Origin: Octopus bimaculoides
Taxonomy: Eukaryota
Direction: 5' to 3'
NCBI RefSeq assembly: GCF_001194135.2
Contig: NC_068984.1
Span: forward strand, 110,511,639 to 110,575,638
DNA: 64,000 nucleotides
Of the stretch, positions 24,190 to 36,680 are shown piece by piece. Position numbers and translations under genes: made by a program. The notes under the pieces were generated by a model. It did not search any database. It had not been told where the DNA came from and was given only the letters and a program-made list of their open reading frames with translations. Each line of letters opens with the position of its first letter. Position 1 is the first letter of the stretch.

Positions 24190-24405
24190 TCTTATCTATT
24201 CTAGGTAAAAAGCAAGAAATTTCGGGGGAGGGAGCCAGTTGATTAGATCAACCCCAGTACACAACTGGTACTTAATTTATTAACCCCGAAAGGATGAAAG
24301 GCTAAGTCAACCTCGGCAGAATTTGTACTCAGAACGTGAAGACAGAGAAAATACTGCTAAGCATTTCACCCAGCATGCTAACATTTCTGCCAGCTCACCA
24401 CCTTT
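24190..24405 (-). mobile_element. SINE family B, full length
   Basis: ctggtacttaatttattaaccccgaaaggatgaaaggctaagtcaacctcggcagaatttg...ctgccagctcaccacctt. Confidence 0.9.
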
Positions 24406-24688
24406 TTTTAGTATACACTAAATTAGCAATAGATTTATTTGTTAAATATATAAACTGACGGAGAGATTTAGCCAAACCATCTGAGCAATGAAGTAGGGAT
24501 TAGTGACAAGACTGAAACTGACAGATCAAACTAGTCTAGTACACTGCTGCAGGCTTTGCTCATTGGGCACTTATCTCTCCTATCAGTGCATATATATATT
24601 GTGTGCTTCATGCAGCCTTAAGGGTTTTAACTCTTATTTCTTTGCAATACATGTGCTATTCAGCCCCCTCAGTCACAATGTATATATA

Positions 24689-24737
<49 letters not shown>

Positions 24738-24911
24738 NNNNNNNNNNNNNNNNNNNNNNNNNNNNNNNNNNNNNNNNNNNNNNNNNNNNNNNNNNNNNNN
24801 NNNNNNNNNNNNNNNNNNNNNNNNNNNNNNNNNNNNNNNNNNNNNNNNNNNNNNNNNNNNNNNNNNNNNNNNNNNNNNNNNNNNNNNNNNNNATATATAT
24901 ATGTATGTATG

Positions 24912-24944
<33 letters not shown>

Positions 24945-25139
24945 ATATATATGTATGTATATATATATGTATGTATGTATATATATATGTATGTATGTAT
25001 ATATATATGTATGTATGTATATATATATGTATGTATGTATATATATATACATGCACACACACACGCACATATATTTATATACACACATATATACATATAC
25101 ATATATATATGCATATATATATGTATGCATATATATATG

Positions 25140-25181
<42 letters not shown>

Positions 25182-25879
25182 NNNNNNNNNNNNNNNNNNN
25201 NNNNNNNNNNNNNNNNNNNNNNNNNNNNNNNNNNNNNNNNNNNNNNNNNNNNNNNNNNNNNNNNNNNNNNNNNNNNNNNNNNNNNNNNNNNNNNNNNNNN
25301 NNNNNNNNNNNNNNNNNNNNNNNNNNNNNNNNNNNNNNNNNNNNNNNNNNNNNNNNNNNNNNNNNNNNNNNNNNNNNNNNNNNNNNNNNNNNNNNNNNNN
25401 NNNNNNNNNNNNNNNNNNNNNNNNNNNNNNNNNNNNNNNNNNNNNNNNNNNNNNNNNNNNNNNNNNNNNNNNNNNNNNNNNNNNNNNNNNNNNNNNNNNN
25501 NNNNNNNNNNNNNNNNNNNNNNNNNNNNNNNNNNNNNNNNNNNNNNNNNNNNNNNNNNNNNNNNNNNNNNNNNNNNNNNNNNNNNNNNNNNNNNNNNNNN
25601 NNNNNNNNNNNNNNNNNNNNNNNNNNNNNNNNNNNNNNNNNNNNNNNNNNNNNNNNNNNNNNNNNNNNNNNNNNNNNNNNNNNNNNNNNNNNNNNNNNNN
25701 NNNNNNNNNNNNNNNNNNNNNNNNNNNNNNNNNNNNNNNNNNNNNNNNNNNNNNNNNNNNNNNNNNNNNNNNNNNNNNNNNNNNNNNNTATACATTTGGA
25801 CATGCATACATAGATGTAAATAAATACATACATGAGTATTGTGTATATTTACGCCTCAAATATACACACTGATATCCCA

Positions 25880-25988
25880 TTTATTATTTCGTCATCTTCA
25901 TCATCACCACCACCATCATCATCATCATCATTATCATCATCATCATCAGCATCACTCCAGTTTGTTATTATTATTATTATTATTATTA

Positions 25989-26057
<69 letters not shown>

Positions 26058-26900
26058 TAACTTTTCTTAATTTTTTTTTAGTTACTCTCTTTTGTCTAAA
26101 ATTTACAAATAAATATCACAAAAATATTCTGACTTGGAAACTAAGTTTACTGTCAAAACAGCCTGTTTCTATAAGATTGTACTTTTAGTATGTGGAATGA
26201 AAGTGACTGCTACTGCTGCTGCCCATGAATGAGGTGGTGGTCGTGGTGGTGGTGCTGGTGGTGCAGGTGAGAATGATGAAGATAATGACTGTGATGACAA
26301 TGTTTATGTTGATAATGACGAGAATGACAATGCTGCTGCCGACAATGAAATCGATGATGATGATGATGATGGTGATGACAACAATGATGATGACTGTGAT
26401 GAGACTACTCCTCTTGATACCACTACTGATGAAGGTGAAAATGACAAAAAGGACGATAATAATGACAAATATGATGATGATGATGATGATGATGATGTTA
26501 ATGTTGATGATGAGAATGACACTAGTGCTGATGACACTGCAACCAATGAAAATGATGATGGCAGTGCTGACAGTGATGTTGACAATGACAAGGATGATGA
26601 TGACAAGAATAATGATGACAATAATGACAGTGATGATTGGTGGTGCTGCTGGTGAAGGTGACAATAATTATGACGCTGATGATCGCGATGATGATGACAA
26701 CAACCACGACTGCGATGACGATGATAATTATGCGGATGATAATGATGATGACGATGATAGCACAGGCATTGATGAAGATGAATATGTTGACAATGATGAC
26801 GATGATGATGTTGATGATATTGATGATGAAGATGCTGCCGCTGCTACTCCTGATGTTGATTATAATGATGATGATGAAATTGATGATGATGATGATTGAT
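25880..26900 (+). repeat. Compound (CAT)n/(TAT)n/(TAG)n and decayed (GAT/GAC/AAT)n tract
   Basis: Direct reading. Confidence 0.9.
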
Positions 26901-27171
26901 ACAATCACTTGATATAAAATCTTCAGAGAATGTCAATAAAAGGAAAACAAAATGACCAAGTTTAGAGTCTTTAGATTTCCAGCAGCATTAAATGGAATGA
27001 GTTGGCGTTTAAGAGTTGAATGAATGTTAGCAATTGGTCCCTAAATTATGGTCAAGCTTAAGGAGAGCTAACCTCTGTTTAGCTTCCAATTGATATTTAT
27101 GTAATTATATTGCAAAAGATGTTTGTTTAGCAATCTTCTGAATACCATACAGTTTTTTTTTTTTTTTTTGA

Positions 27172-27496
27172 GGAGCACTCCGTCAGTTACAACGACGAAG
27201 GTCCCAGCTGATATGATCAACGGAACAGCCTGCTCATGAAATTAACGTGCAAGTGGCTGAACAATCCACAGACACACGTACCTCCAACATAGTTCTTAGG
27301 GAGACTCAGCGGGACACATAGCATGACAAGGCCAGCCCTTTGAAATACAGGTACTACTCATTTTTGCCAGCTGAGTGGACTGGAGCAATGTGAAATAAAG
27401 TGTCTTGCTCAAGGACACAACGCGTTGCCAGGAATCGAACTCATGACCTTACGATCGTGAGCCGAATGCCCTAACCACTAAGCCACATGCCTTCAC
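27172..27496 (-). mobile_element. tRNA-derived SINE family D, variant 1, full length
   Basis: Minus head gtgaaggcatgtggcttagtggttagggcattcggctcacgatcgtaaggtcatgagttcgattcc (box A/B), then gtgtccttgagcaagacac. Confidence 0.92.
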
Positions 27497-28217
27497 ATGC
27501 CATGCAGTAGGCAGTCTTTATATCCAGCTAAACAATGATGTTTTGTTAAAATGCCAAATACTGTGTTATGTACCTTGAAAGAACTCTTCATAAAAGTACA
27601 TGCTACATACAGGTACACATATTTATATCATTGGCAGGTATTAATTGTCTGTTATGGGTACCAGAACTGCCAGATCATGTAATTTTCACTGCCTTGGTCT
27701 CCTCAGTTGCAGACATCCAGTAGCTGCACATCGGCCAAATCTCACTGACAATGACATATAGAATTTCTGTGTCTTTTCAGGCAATAATGTCACAAATAGC
27801 CCTCAGACTTGCTGAAAAATAATTACTAGCTACAGAAACAGAATTAATACCGAAAGGCAATCTTTATATCCAACTTAATGTGGATGTTTAGTTAGAATGT
27901 TGAATACTGCATTTAATTACCTTGAAATTACCTTATATGTGCATAAGATGCTCCTTTTATGAGATGACCTTTTGTATGCATAAAAGCATGCATATTTATA
28001 TTATCAGCAGATGAGAATCATCTGTTATGTACCATGCCTCCCTATAAGAGGTCCTCTGAAGATAAATAATGAAATATTCAGCATTCTAAGTAAACAACCA
28101 CGTTAAGTTCAATATTAAGATTGCCTTTCGGAGCATTAACACTGCATCTGTTACTAATAATTACTAACACCACGGTGCAACAAAATTTTAATTTTTTTTG
28201 TCTTGGGTCAGTAAGAG

Positions 28218-28332
28218 TTATTACTTCCACCTTAGTGAATTTGGAGAAATTGTTTGCAGTGGTGTTTGTTTGTTTGTCCATAGACAAGATATCTCAAGAA
28301 CTGCTGGATAGATTCGGATGAAACTTTCAAGC
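28218..28332 (+). mobile_element. Helentron/DINE-like non-autonomous element, 5' fragment
   Basis: ttattacttccacc...gtttgtttgtttgtcc...gatatctcaagaactgctggatagattcggatgaaactttc follows the usual HINE layout. Confidence 0.5.
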
Positions 28333-28368
28333 TCTTCACCATATTTTTTCTTTGCATATTTAAAGGTT

Positions 28369-28706
28369 AAAGACCTCCTTCGGTCATGAATAATCATAAG
28401 ATTGAACCTAGAAATTTCCTCTTTGAGGTACAAGTCTATGGAAGGCTATTTATGGAAGACCAGCAGTTGCTCATGCATACCAACCTCTTCTTTTCCATGC
28501 CATCAATGTTATCCAAAGTAAAGGAAAAGGCCGATACAGTTTGGCACCAGTGATGTTGCAACCCATTCTAACAGCTGGGTGAACTGGAGAAACATGAAAT
28601 AAAGTGTCATGCTCAAGAACACAACTCACACCCTGGTCCAGGAATCGAACTCACTACCTCATGATTGTGAACTCAACGCCCTAACCGCTGAGCCATGCAC
28701 CTTCAC
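28369..28706 (-). mobile_element. SINE family D, variant 2
   Basis: Same head as variant 1, different tail (gaccgaaggaggtct); matches 43484-43823. Confidence 0.88.
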
Positions 28707-30017
28707 TTTGCATATTACTAATCCTTATTTCATTGAGTGCAGATGGATAAAATAACGAAAAAAAAAAATTGATATGGAAAGAAAATTAATGAAATTTGTT
28801 TCTACTCTATGCATTTAGCTAAATTTAGCAAAAATAAAAATACTAATAAAATAAAAAGCAGTTCTTATTTTCAATGAAGTAAAATATCATTAATAACAGA
28901 ATTTACTAAAGCAGGAGAAATGCAGATATGTAAACCTATAAAACTAATGCTTCTCTAAAAGGCAGGTAGTGGAAGAACTTTGTAAAATGTTAGGAAAACA
29001 AGAGATAAATCACATGTTAAATGTTAAGCTTATTTTCTTTTTCTTTGTATTTTTCTCGTGTTTTTCATTTTTATTATATTGACATATATTTTTGCATATG
29101 GGTGAAAAGAAACATTTCATTTACACAGTGATATTTCATCTTGCTAATGGGTTATGTCAGTATGGAAACAAGGTCAAGCTTTCATTAGCAAAACTATTTA
29201 CCATTTCATATTTACTACCAGTATATTCTTTGGCTTAGCATTCATTCTTTGGTTAAGTTGCAAATCCACAAGGTAAAAAAGGTCAACTTTGGCAAAGCTT
29301 TAGCAGGTTTGGGTCAGATGAGAGAATTATATGTTCTGAAAATAAATTTGGATAGAGAGATGTACTGAAGAAAAACATTCAATTCTTATTTACATGAATT
29401 TTCTTTTCCGTTTTTTTTTTCTCTGTTTGTTTATTTGTTTGTTTGTTGTTGCTGTTGTATTTCTTTGGTCCAGCTGGCTGGAATTTCCTCTTTCCATATT
29501 TGCAAAACAGATCAAGCTGTCATTGAACATTAAATTTTCCCAAGTAAGAAAGATATATGCTTCTTGTGATGCTCATAAAATATCTCACTCACCTGAGGAT
29601 CATCGCACAAATATCGAAACATTCTAGAGAACTATTTCAAATTTTAATAAACAAACGGGCAAACAAACAAACATATAATAAATAAATAAATAAATCAATA
29701 ACGTTTATTATTCTCATCTCTTGGGTATGTGTTTATTGAAAGAGAATGAAATCTATGAAACATGTTTCAGTTGGTCAAATTGCAATAAGATAAGATTCTA
29801 GATTAAGCTGGTGAATTGTTACTTCATACCCTACTGTTTCTGTTTTATTCTGGAGTTTCAAGACTGCCATAGGTTAATTTGTTTTTATCCAACATTGATC
29901 ATGAGTCTGAATGATGTATTTGTATTTAAGCAAGACAAAGTTTATATTGGAAATACTTTTAATTAAGGAGAAACGTGATAGAATTGGTTATAGATTGTTA
30001 GGTTCAACAAACAACGT

Positions 30018-30393
30018 ATCATCATAATCATCATCATCATTTAACGTCCGCTTTCCATGCTAGCATGGGTTGGACGATTTGACTGAAGACTGGCGAACCA
30101 GATGGCTACACCAGGCTCCAATCTGATTTGGCAGAGTTTCTACGGCTGGTTGTCCTTTCTAATGCCAACCACTCCGAGAGTGTAGTGAGTGTTTTTACAT
30201 TACACCGGCACGAAGGCCAGTCAGGCGGTACTGGTAACAGCCATGCTCAAAATGGTGCATTTTACATGACACCTGCACAGGAGACAGTCCAGCAGCACTG
30301 GCAATGATCTCGCTCGAATGTCTTTACACGTGCCACCGGCACAAGTGCCAATAAGGCGACGCTGGGCACAGGTGCCATCACGATTTCGCTTTC
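30018..30393 (-). mobile_element. Family C repeat
   Basis: (CAT)n then ttaacgtccgctttccatgctagcatgggttggacg is the reverse complement of the family C tail. Confidence 0.88.
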
Positions 30394-30449
<56 letters not shown>

Positions 30450-30934
30450 GTGTGTGTGTGTGTGTGTATGTGTGTGTGTGTGTCTGTGTATCATCTGATG
30501 AAGGGAAAGAAGTCAAAACTTCGAAATCACTGTCAACCTTTCAACCTTTTGTAAAAGTCAATAATAAATATGTACTTTACTAAAAAATAATGAGTAATCC
30601 TTTTGTTTATCATTGAATTGTTGTTATATATAATCTGACTTAAGAACAATATGTTCTGGTTTTGGGGAAATATAGATTCGCTTGGAAACAGGTGAGAGTT
30701 GGTGAGAGGAAGGGTATCTGGCCATAGAAAATCTATTACAAAATAAACTGAGTTGTGCAAACATGGAAAATTAGAGGCTGAAATCATGATGATAATGATG
30801 GCATACACACACACATATATACGTATATCTGTGGTTGTGTATAAGTACATGTATGTATATAGACATACACTCAAATGAAGTAAATGTGAACTGAAAAGTT
30901 TTGATATAATTGACATTTAATATATAATGGAATC

Positions 30935-31205
30935 GTAGTTGTGATCGATGCCAGTGTCCTGTAACTGGTATCCATGCCGGTGGTATGTAAAAAGCACCTT
31001 TCGAGTGTTGGGCTTCACAGAGGAAATGTGGTTGATGCTGATGTCAAGTAATTAGCATCTGTGCCGGTGGCATGTAAAAAGCACCTTTCGGGCCCTGGGC
31101 CTCACGGAGGTTATGACAAATGACCGAGACCTTTGGCAATATGCCATACTTGAGTAGAAGACCCATCAAGCCAAGTAAAACCTTAGTCATGGGAAATACT
31201 GGTGC
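30935..31205 (+). mobile_element. Family C repeat, upstream part
   Basis: Matches 3640-3780 (aaaagcacc...gagtagaagacccatcaagccaagt). Confidence 0.7.
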
Positions 31206-31541
31206 ATATTCGTTGCTGCATGTACACGTGGAATTCCTCAGTGCACGTTGAGTGTATTCTAAACGATTAATACAGAAAACAAAGTGTACTAGAAGCTTAA
31301 TTTAGGACAAGAATCGTTTCGATTTACTTCGGCACTGCTCCCCAGAGGGTGTGGAACGATGTAATGGAATCGAATGCACCGCATAGTGCAGAAGCAACCT
31401 CCTCAGGTTAAATAAAGCGGTTTCTTTTGGACTATGAGGTGNNNNNNNNNNNNNNNNNNNNNNNNNNNNNNNNNNNNNNNNNNNNNNNNNNNNNNNNNNN
31501 NNNNNNNNNNNNNNNNNNNNNNNNNNNNNNNNNNNNNNNNN

Positions 31542-31574
<33 letters not shown>

Positions 31575-33290
31575 ACATAGTTTGATATTGCTTTGCTACT
31601 TTCTATATCTTCATAACTAATGGCAAATGTATGTTTAAACTATTAAAACTGTTCTTACACATTGTAGCAAAATCTAGTGTGTTGTGCGTCTCAGGATTTT
31701 GAGACAGTAGCATGGTAAATTACGGATTCAACTTTGCATGGATTACCCAATAAGTATAAATTATTATTTTGGCAGTTGCAGTCATGTCATTTGCTAGCTA
31801 GGTACATGGAGTATTCCATAATTTATTAGGTGACTAAGGAACCAAATTATCTTCGATGAAGTTCCATATTTTTTGTCATGTATCTATAGATTATGGTATC
31901 GCTGGTTAAATAGTTTTTGAGTATTTGTGTCAAGTTGATATTAAACATATATGATGCCATATTTTTATACTGTGTAGATTAAGATTCCCGTTGATAGATG
32001 GGTTGTTAATAATTAAGCTACCAATAAAAAAAGGGTTGATTAATGAGAATAATGTATCTAGGTTTAGTCGTGTTAATGAGAGATAAGATGAAAGCACATT
32101 TATTATAGTGTATTATTGTTAGAGAAATCTGTTATGTAATAAAATGTTGTTGTTATATCATAGGTGTTAAATATAATTATTTTTTATAGGAACATACTAT
32201 TTTGTAAATAGTTATAGTTTAACGAGGTCGGAAAGATATTTGAAAGTAAATTTTATAGGTTGTTGAAAATCGATAGAGCTAGCGTTTGATAAAAACGTTT
32301 ATATGTAGAAACTTAAATGGCTGAATTATAAAGGATAACAGGGAAGAAATTTTTTTAGATATTAAAGAATAAAGAGAAGAGGAAAAAAGAAATAAAACCA
32401 AGAATTAAAAAATGTTTATAGATTTTATGAGAGTGGGCGGAGTAAACTGAAAAGCATGTGGAAAATATTGTAATACGTTGAATTAAAGAGTACTTATATA
32501 GTAGATAGTTTGCAAAATAGCGATCCATTCTTGGAGAAAAAATATAAGGAAAAGATTATTTTATAAATAAATAGACTGATAAAAAGTTTACAGTGATGTA
32601 CAATGCCGCATGGAATAGTAAATATAATTGTACGAATTAAATGTGATGGTTTAACTTAATTATACAAACTTATAAAGCTTAACACGAACAGATCATATTT
32701 AATAAATTTAATATACAGTAGGTGAGATGGGAAGAATTCTGTGTTTTTCTCATATATTATATATTTAACGGTGGAGTATTTTGTAGTCTTCAGTGAAAAT
32801 GTAAGGTTATAGGTTAAGTTTATTTTTTGCTTGATATATTCCCGTAATGAAAAACATTCACGTTACTAAAAGTTCACAATTAAAAACTTGTCTGTAAACT
32901 TTTGCACATTTCATAATTTAGTACTTCATATAAATATTGGTTTGCGTATCTTTCAAAACACAACTGTATTTCAAAAAAGTAATGTGTAGACACTGGTTGG
33001 ATTTCTGAGTATGAGTGTGTGTTGCTTATAGCAAGATGTTAAAAGACGTTCGGTTAATGTGATGTACGCATACATAAATATAAGTATGAATATATCATTT
33101 AAGTTCGTTTACAGGAAACGTTTTGAATATGCATAAAAAAGTTCCCTTTTGATGCCATCTAGCAATACCAGTTTCTTGATGTCACACCGAGTTGTGCCAA
33201 TATAATTTGGGATAAATTTGGTAATAATAATAATCCTTGGATAGAATTTATAAATATTTTAAAGCATCGAAGTATTTAAGTATATCGATC
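31200..33290 (-). mobile_element. Penelope-like element relic (GIY-YIG region plus 3' pLTR; RT part very decayed)
   Basis: Minus DCNCQNNNLYLLGNPCKVESVIYHATV (about 31700-31800) fits the PLE CNC..CPL.G.C...VIY.A.V motif; weaker KIIIFN (about 32170) and KFYPRI (about 33240); hammerhead at 31300-31413 downstream. Upstream boundary uncertain. Confidence 0.55.
31300..31413 (-). ncRNA. Type I hammerhead ribozyme motif with long stem II
   Basis: CUGAGGA (31406-31400); stem II ggttgcttc.gcact / agtgc.gaagt(a)aatc; GAAA (31320-31317); stem III cga/ttg; GUC (31308-31306). Stem I attta/taaat with a mismatched junction. Confidence 0.65.
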
Positions 33291-33362
33291 AGTTGCTCAT
33301 GAAGCAGAAAAAAACCCCAAAAAACAAGCACTCACTAAAAAATAACTTGAGTAGTTATACTT

Positions 33363-33572
33363 TAAAGTATTTGAGTAGTATATCCTCGGTTTTGAAAAGT
33401 AACCAGCCAGAAAGTCATATTGGTTTCACGTCCACTATAGCACTGGGTAATACAGACGACTCAGCAGACGTCGAAGTCATCTGTATTATCCAGTGCAGCA
33501 GTTGCCACGAAACCTACGGTAACTTTCTGACTAGTTATTCCATAACTAAGGATATATTACTCGAAGACATTA
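33363..33572. mobile_element. Foldback/MITE-like element, about 95-bp imperfect arms
   Basis: Inner arms gcactgggtaatacagacgac / gtcatctgtattatccagtgc (19/21), 15-nt loop; symmetry continues outward to gagtagtatatcct / aggatatattactc. Confidence 0.75.
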
Positions 33573-33600
33573 CTGTACTTTGTATCTATCTATCTGCCCC

Positions 33601-33652
<52 letters not shown>

Positions 33653-34478
33653 NNNNNNNNNNNNNNNNNNNNNNNNNNNNNNNNNNNNNNNNNNNNNATC
33701 CACGCCTTATGAAATCATGCCCAAAGTGTTATTAATGGGTCGGTCAAAGGGGTGTCGATAAGAATTTCTAACTTATCTGTAAACGAAAATATTTTTTTTA
33801 TAACTTTGCACCCTTTTATAACACAACATTGAAGGAGAGTGGCTTCGTTAAGAAGACATACTGTATTAAGAATACAATATGTAAAAATTAATTAGGTAAA
33901 CTTTTTCCAAATCTTGCGAAACATTAAATTTAAAAATTCTTAAATTTCTCCTGTTGTTTAAAACATTAAGATTTAAACAATTTTTTATAAATCCTTTCAT
34001 ATCAACTCTCATGAGAGAAATGTAGATGGCTGTTATAGTTGGAATTAAATCGCCCATACCGACCTATATTTTCTCGAAACGGCCGTCAGACTTTGTACCT
34101 GCTGAAGATTTTTATCAAAATCATTTTATACCAACATTTTCAATCTTTGTGGATTACCGCTATACATTCACCATGTGCATATTTTGATATCCTCATCGAT
34201 TTTAATACAGACATACAAACTCGCAAGTACATTAATGTATTTATATATTTTTATATTATATCATGTATATATAAATGCGCCTATGTATGCTGTGGAGTAT
34301 TCCGATGTTTTGAAATACATTGAGTGAATATGAACGCTGACCTTTGAAATTTGTTCTCTCTTTCTTGGCTTTATATATATATTACTGGCAGTGCTCCATG
34401 GACACAGCCTTAGGGCTGAAATATATGAAAGGGAATATGTATATATCCATACATATATACATATACATACATACATAT

Positions 34479-34517
<39 letters not shown>

Positions 34518-34900
34518 ATATTGGATTTAGCAAGATTTTGATCAGGTCACAAATCACATAGTAGACCCAAACAAAATAAAGGGATGCAATGCATAGACTG
34601 ATGCAGCTAAAATCCAATAAATTCAATTTATAATGATTATTTCATTAGGAGTGTATGAAATATAAAGAGAGCAAGCATAACATAAGAAAATTCACTTCAC
34701 CAATTGACACCCATGTAACTACGTTCATTTCGCAGCTTTTATCTCTGCGTTTGTATATATGTATTGTGCTGATGCAAGAAAAAAAATATGATATGCTTTG
34801 ACCTGAAGAGCAAGCATCTTTACCTGTATTCATTTATAAATTTTACAGCTGTATTATATAACTTATACTATATAGATTAAGGACATTTTTAGTTTTCACC

Positions 34901-35110
34901 ATTACTCTTTTACTTGTTTCAGTCATTTGACTGTGGGCATGCTGGAGCACCGTCGTTAGTCAAGCAAATCGACTCCAGGACTTATTCTTTGTATGCCTAG
35001 TACTTATTCTATCGGTCACTTTTTGCCGAATCGCTAAGTTTCGGGGACATAAACACACCAGCATTGGTTGTCAAGCGATGCTGGGGGAACAAACACAGAC
35101 ACACAAATAT
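34901..35110 (-). mobile_element. SINE family A, 3' half
   Basis: ctcttttacttgtttcagtcatttgactg...aaacacagacacac. Confidence 0.88.
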
Positions 35111-35464
35111 ATACATATATAATTGCGTTACAAATGCTAAGAGCACAGCAACTGAAAGAATGATAACGAAGTTTAAAACTGTTATATGAGTGAAGTTGCC
35201 AACAGATACGTACGGAGAAAATGTGAAAGCCACTGTAATTGATAAAGACAGATACAACAGGTTGAAGGAAATATGTAACATTGATCCGCTGAGTTTTTTG
35301 CGGTGGAGTTTGACCAACTGCCGACAGTAGTGGAATTAAGAGATCTGGAACCATTCATGATATATTAAAAAAAGAGTAAAATTGTTTTAAAAAAAGAGAG
35401 AACAAAAACGATACTAATAGAGAAAAACGGGGAAAAAGATTATAAACTACGAGTAAAAACGTTA

Positions 35465-35503
35465 AAATGGTACTGCATGAGAATTGCGCTCATGCAGCCA
35501 TTT
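35465..35503. repeat. Short hairpin at the centre of a decayed symmetric element
   Basis: aaatgg(ta)ctgcatgag-aattgcg-ctcatgcag-ccattt; A-rich left flank and T-rich right flank. Confidence 0.5.
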
Positions 35504-36034
35504 CATTTTTCATTTTTTCATTTTTATATAAAATTTTTCTCATTTTTCATTCGTTTTGTTTTCTTGTCCCCGCTGTGGCATTCTGTCTGTCCTTGTGCTG
35601 TCCCCTTTGTGTTTGGCCCTTGTGGCTGGAAATAAAAATCTCTCTCTATATATTTTATTTATATTATTAACATTTTGAGCCTTGTGCCGAGAGTGGAAAA
35701 AAAAAGAATATCTATACACTAAGATAACGGAAGCAACTTGAATGCAAGAAATGGTATTCTTTGTAACTGCTTGCTTAAAAAGAAACATTTGCTCGGTACT
35801 TTTCAATAGACCATTGAAAATTTTTAACGGAAGATTTTTGACAATCATTTTTTTATCCTTTCCGTTTTGATTTTTGTTTCCCGTGTTTTTATTTTATTCT
35901 GGTTTCTTTGTCGCACTGCAAGTTGTTTATGATGTATAACTTTGTGTGCGAATTCAGAGCGAGTTTTGAATGTTACCGATTTTTCTCGCTATATTTCCCG
36001 CTATCCCCTTTCTCACTATATCATGCCTAAATTT

Positions 36035-36070
<36 letters not shown>

Positions 36071-36274
36071 ATCATAGTGATTTATTACAGCATTTGCGTG
36101 TGACTTGTTTCCCGAATGGTCTAAAATACTAGCTACTAATATGATTGAAGTATACTGTGATATATATATATATATATATATATATTATTTGTCTTTTAGT
36201 TAATGACTTTTATCGTTGCATTTGTATCTTATCAAAATATTATTTATTTATTTGACTTCATTTTTTTAAATGTA

Positions 36275-36432
36275 TAGGCGCAGGAGTGGCTGTGTGGTAA
36301 GTAGCTTGCTTACCATGGTCATGGGTTCAGTCCCACTGCGTGGCATCTTGGGCAAGTGTCTTCTACTATAGCTTTGGGCTGACCAAAGCCTTGTGAGTGG
36401 ATTTGGTAGACGGAAACTGGAAGTCCGTCGTT

Positions 36433-36463
<31 letters not shown>

Positions 36464-36680
36464 TTGTGTGTCCATCTTTGTCCCCCACAACATCGCTTGA
36501 CAACTGATGCCGGTGTGTTTACGTCCCCGTAACATAGCGATTCGGCAAAAGGAACTGATGGAATAAGTACTAGGCTTACATAGAATAAGCTTTGGGGTCG
36601 ATTTGCTCTGCTAAAAGCGGTGCTCCAGCATGGCCGCAGTCAAATAATTGAAACAAGTAAAAGAAACAAAGAATAAAAGT
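36275..36680 (+). mobile_element. SINE family A, full length
   Basis: taggcgcaggagtggctgtgtggtaagtagcttgc...ggttcagtcccactg (box A/B-like), internal (TA)/(TG) tract, aagtaaaagaa tail. Confidence 0.93.

Noticed and set aside
27172-27496. tRNA genes at SINE heads (also 28369-28706, 43484-43823 and family A heads)
   Set aside because: Box A/B are present but there is no full cloverleaf, and each continues into a SINE body
28050-28075. CTGAAGA...GAAA close together
   Set aside because: No stem II pairing and no suitable stems I or III
29474-29543. 70-nt plus-strand exon candidate with a strong acceptor and a GTAAGA donor
   Set aside because: No recognisable peptide, two of three phases closed, and no phase-compatible partner; could be non-coding but unsupported
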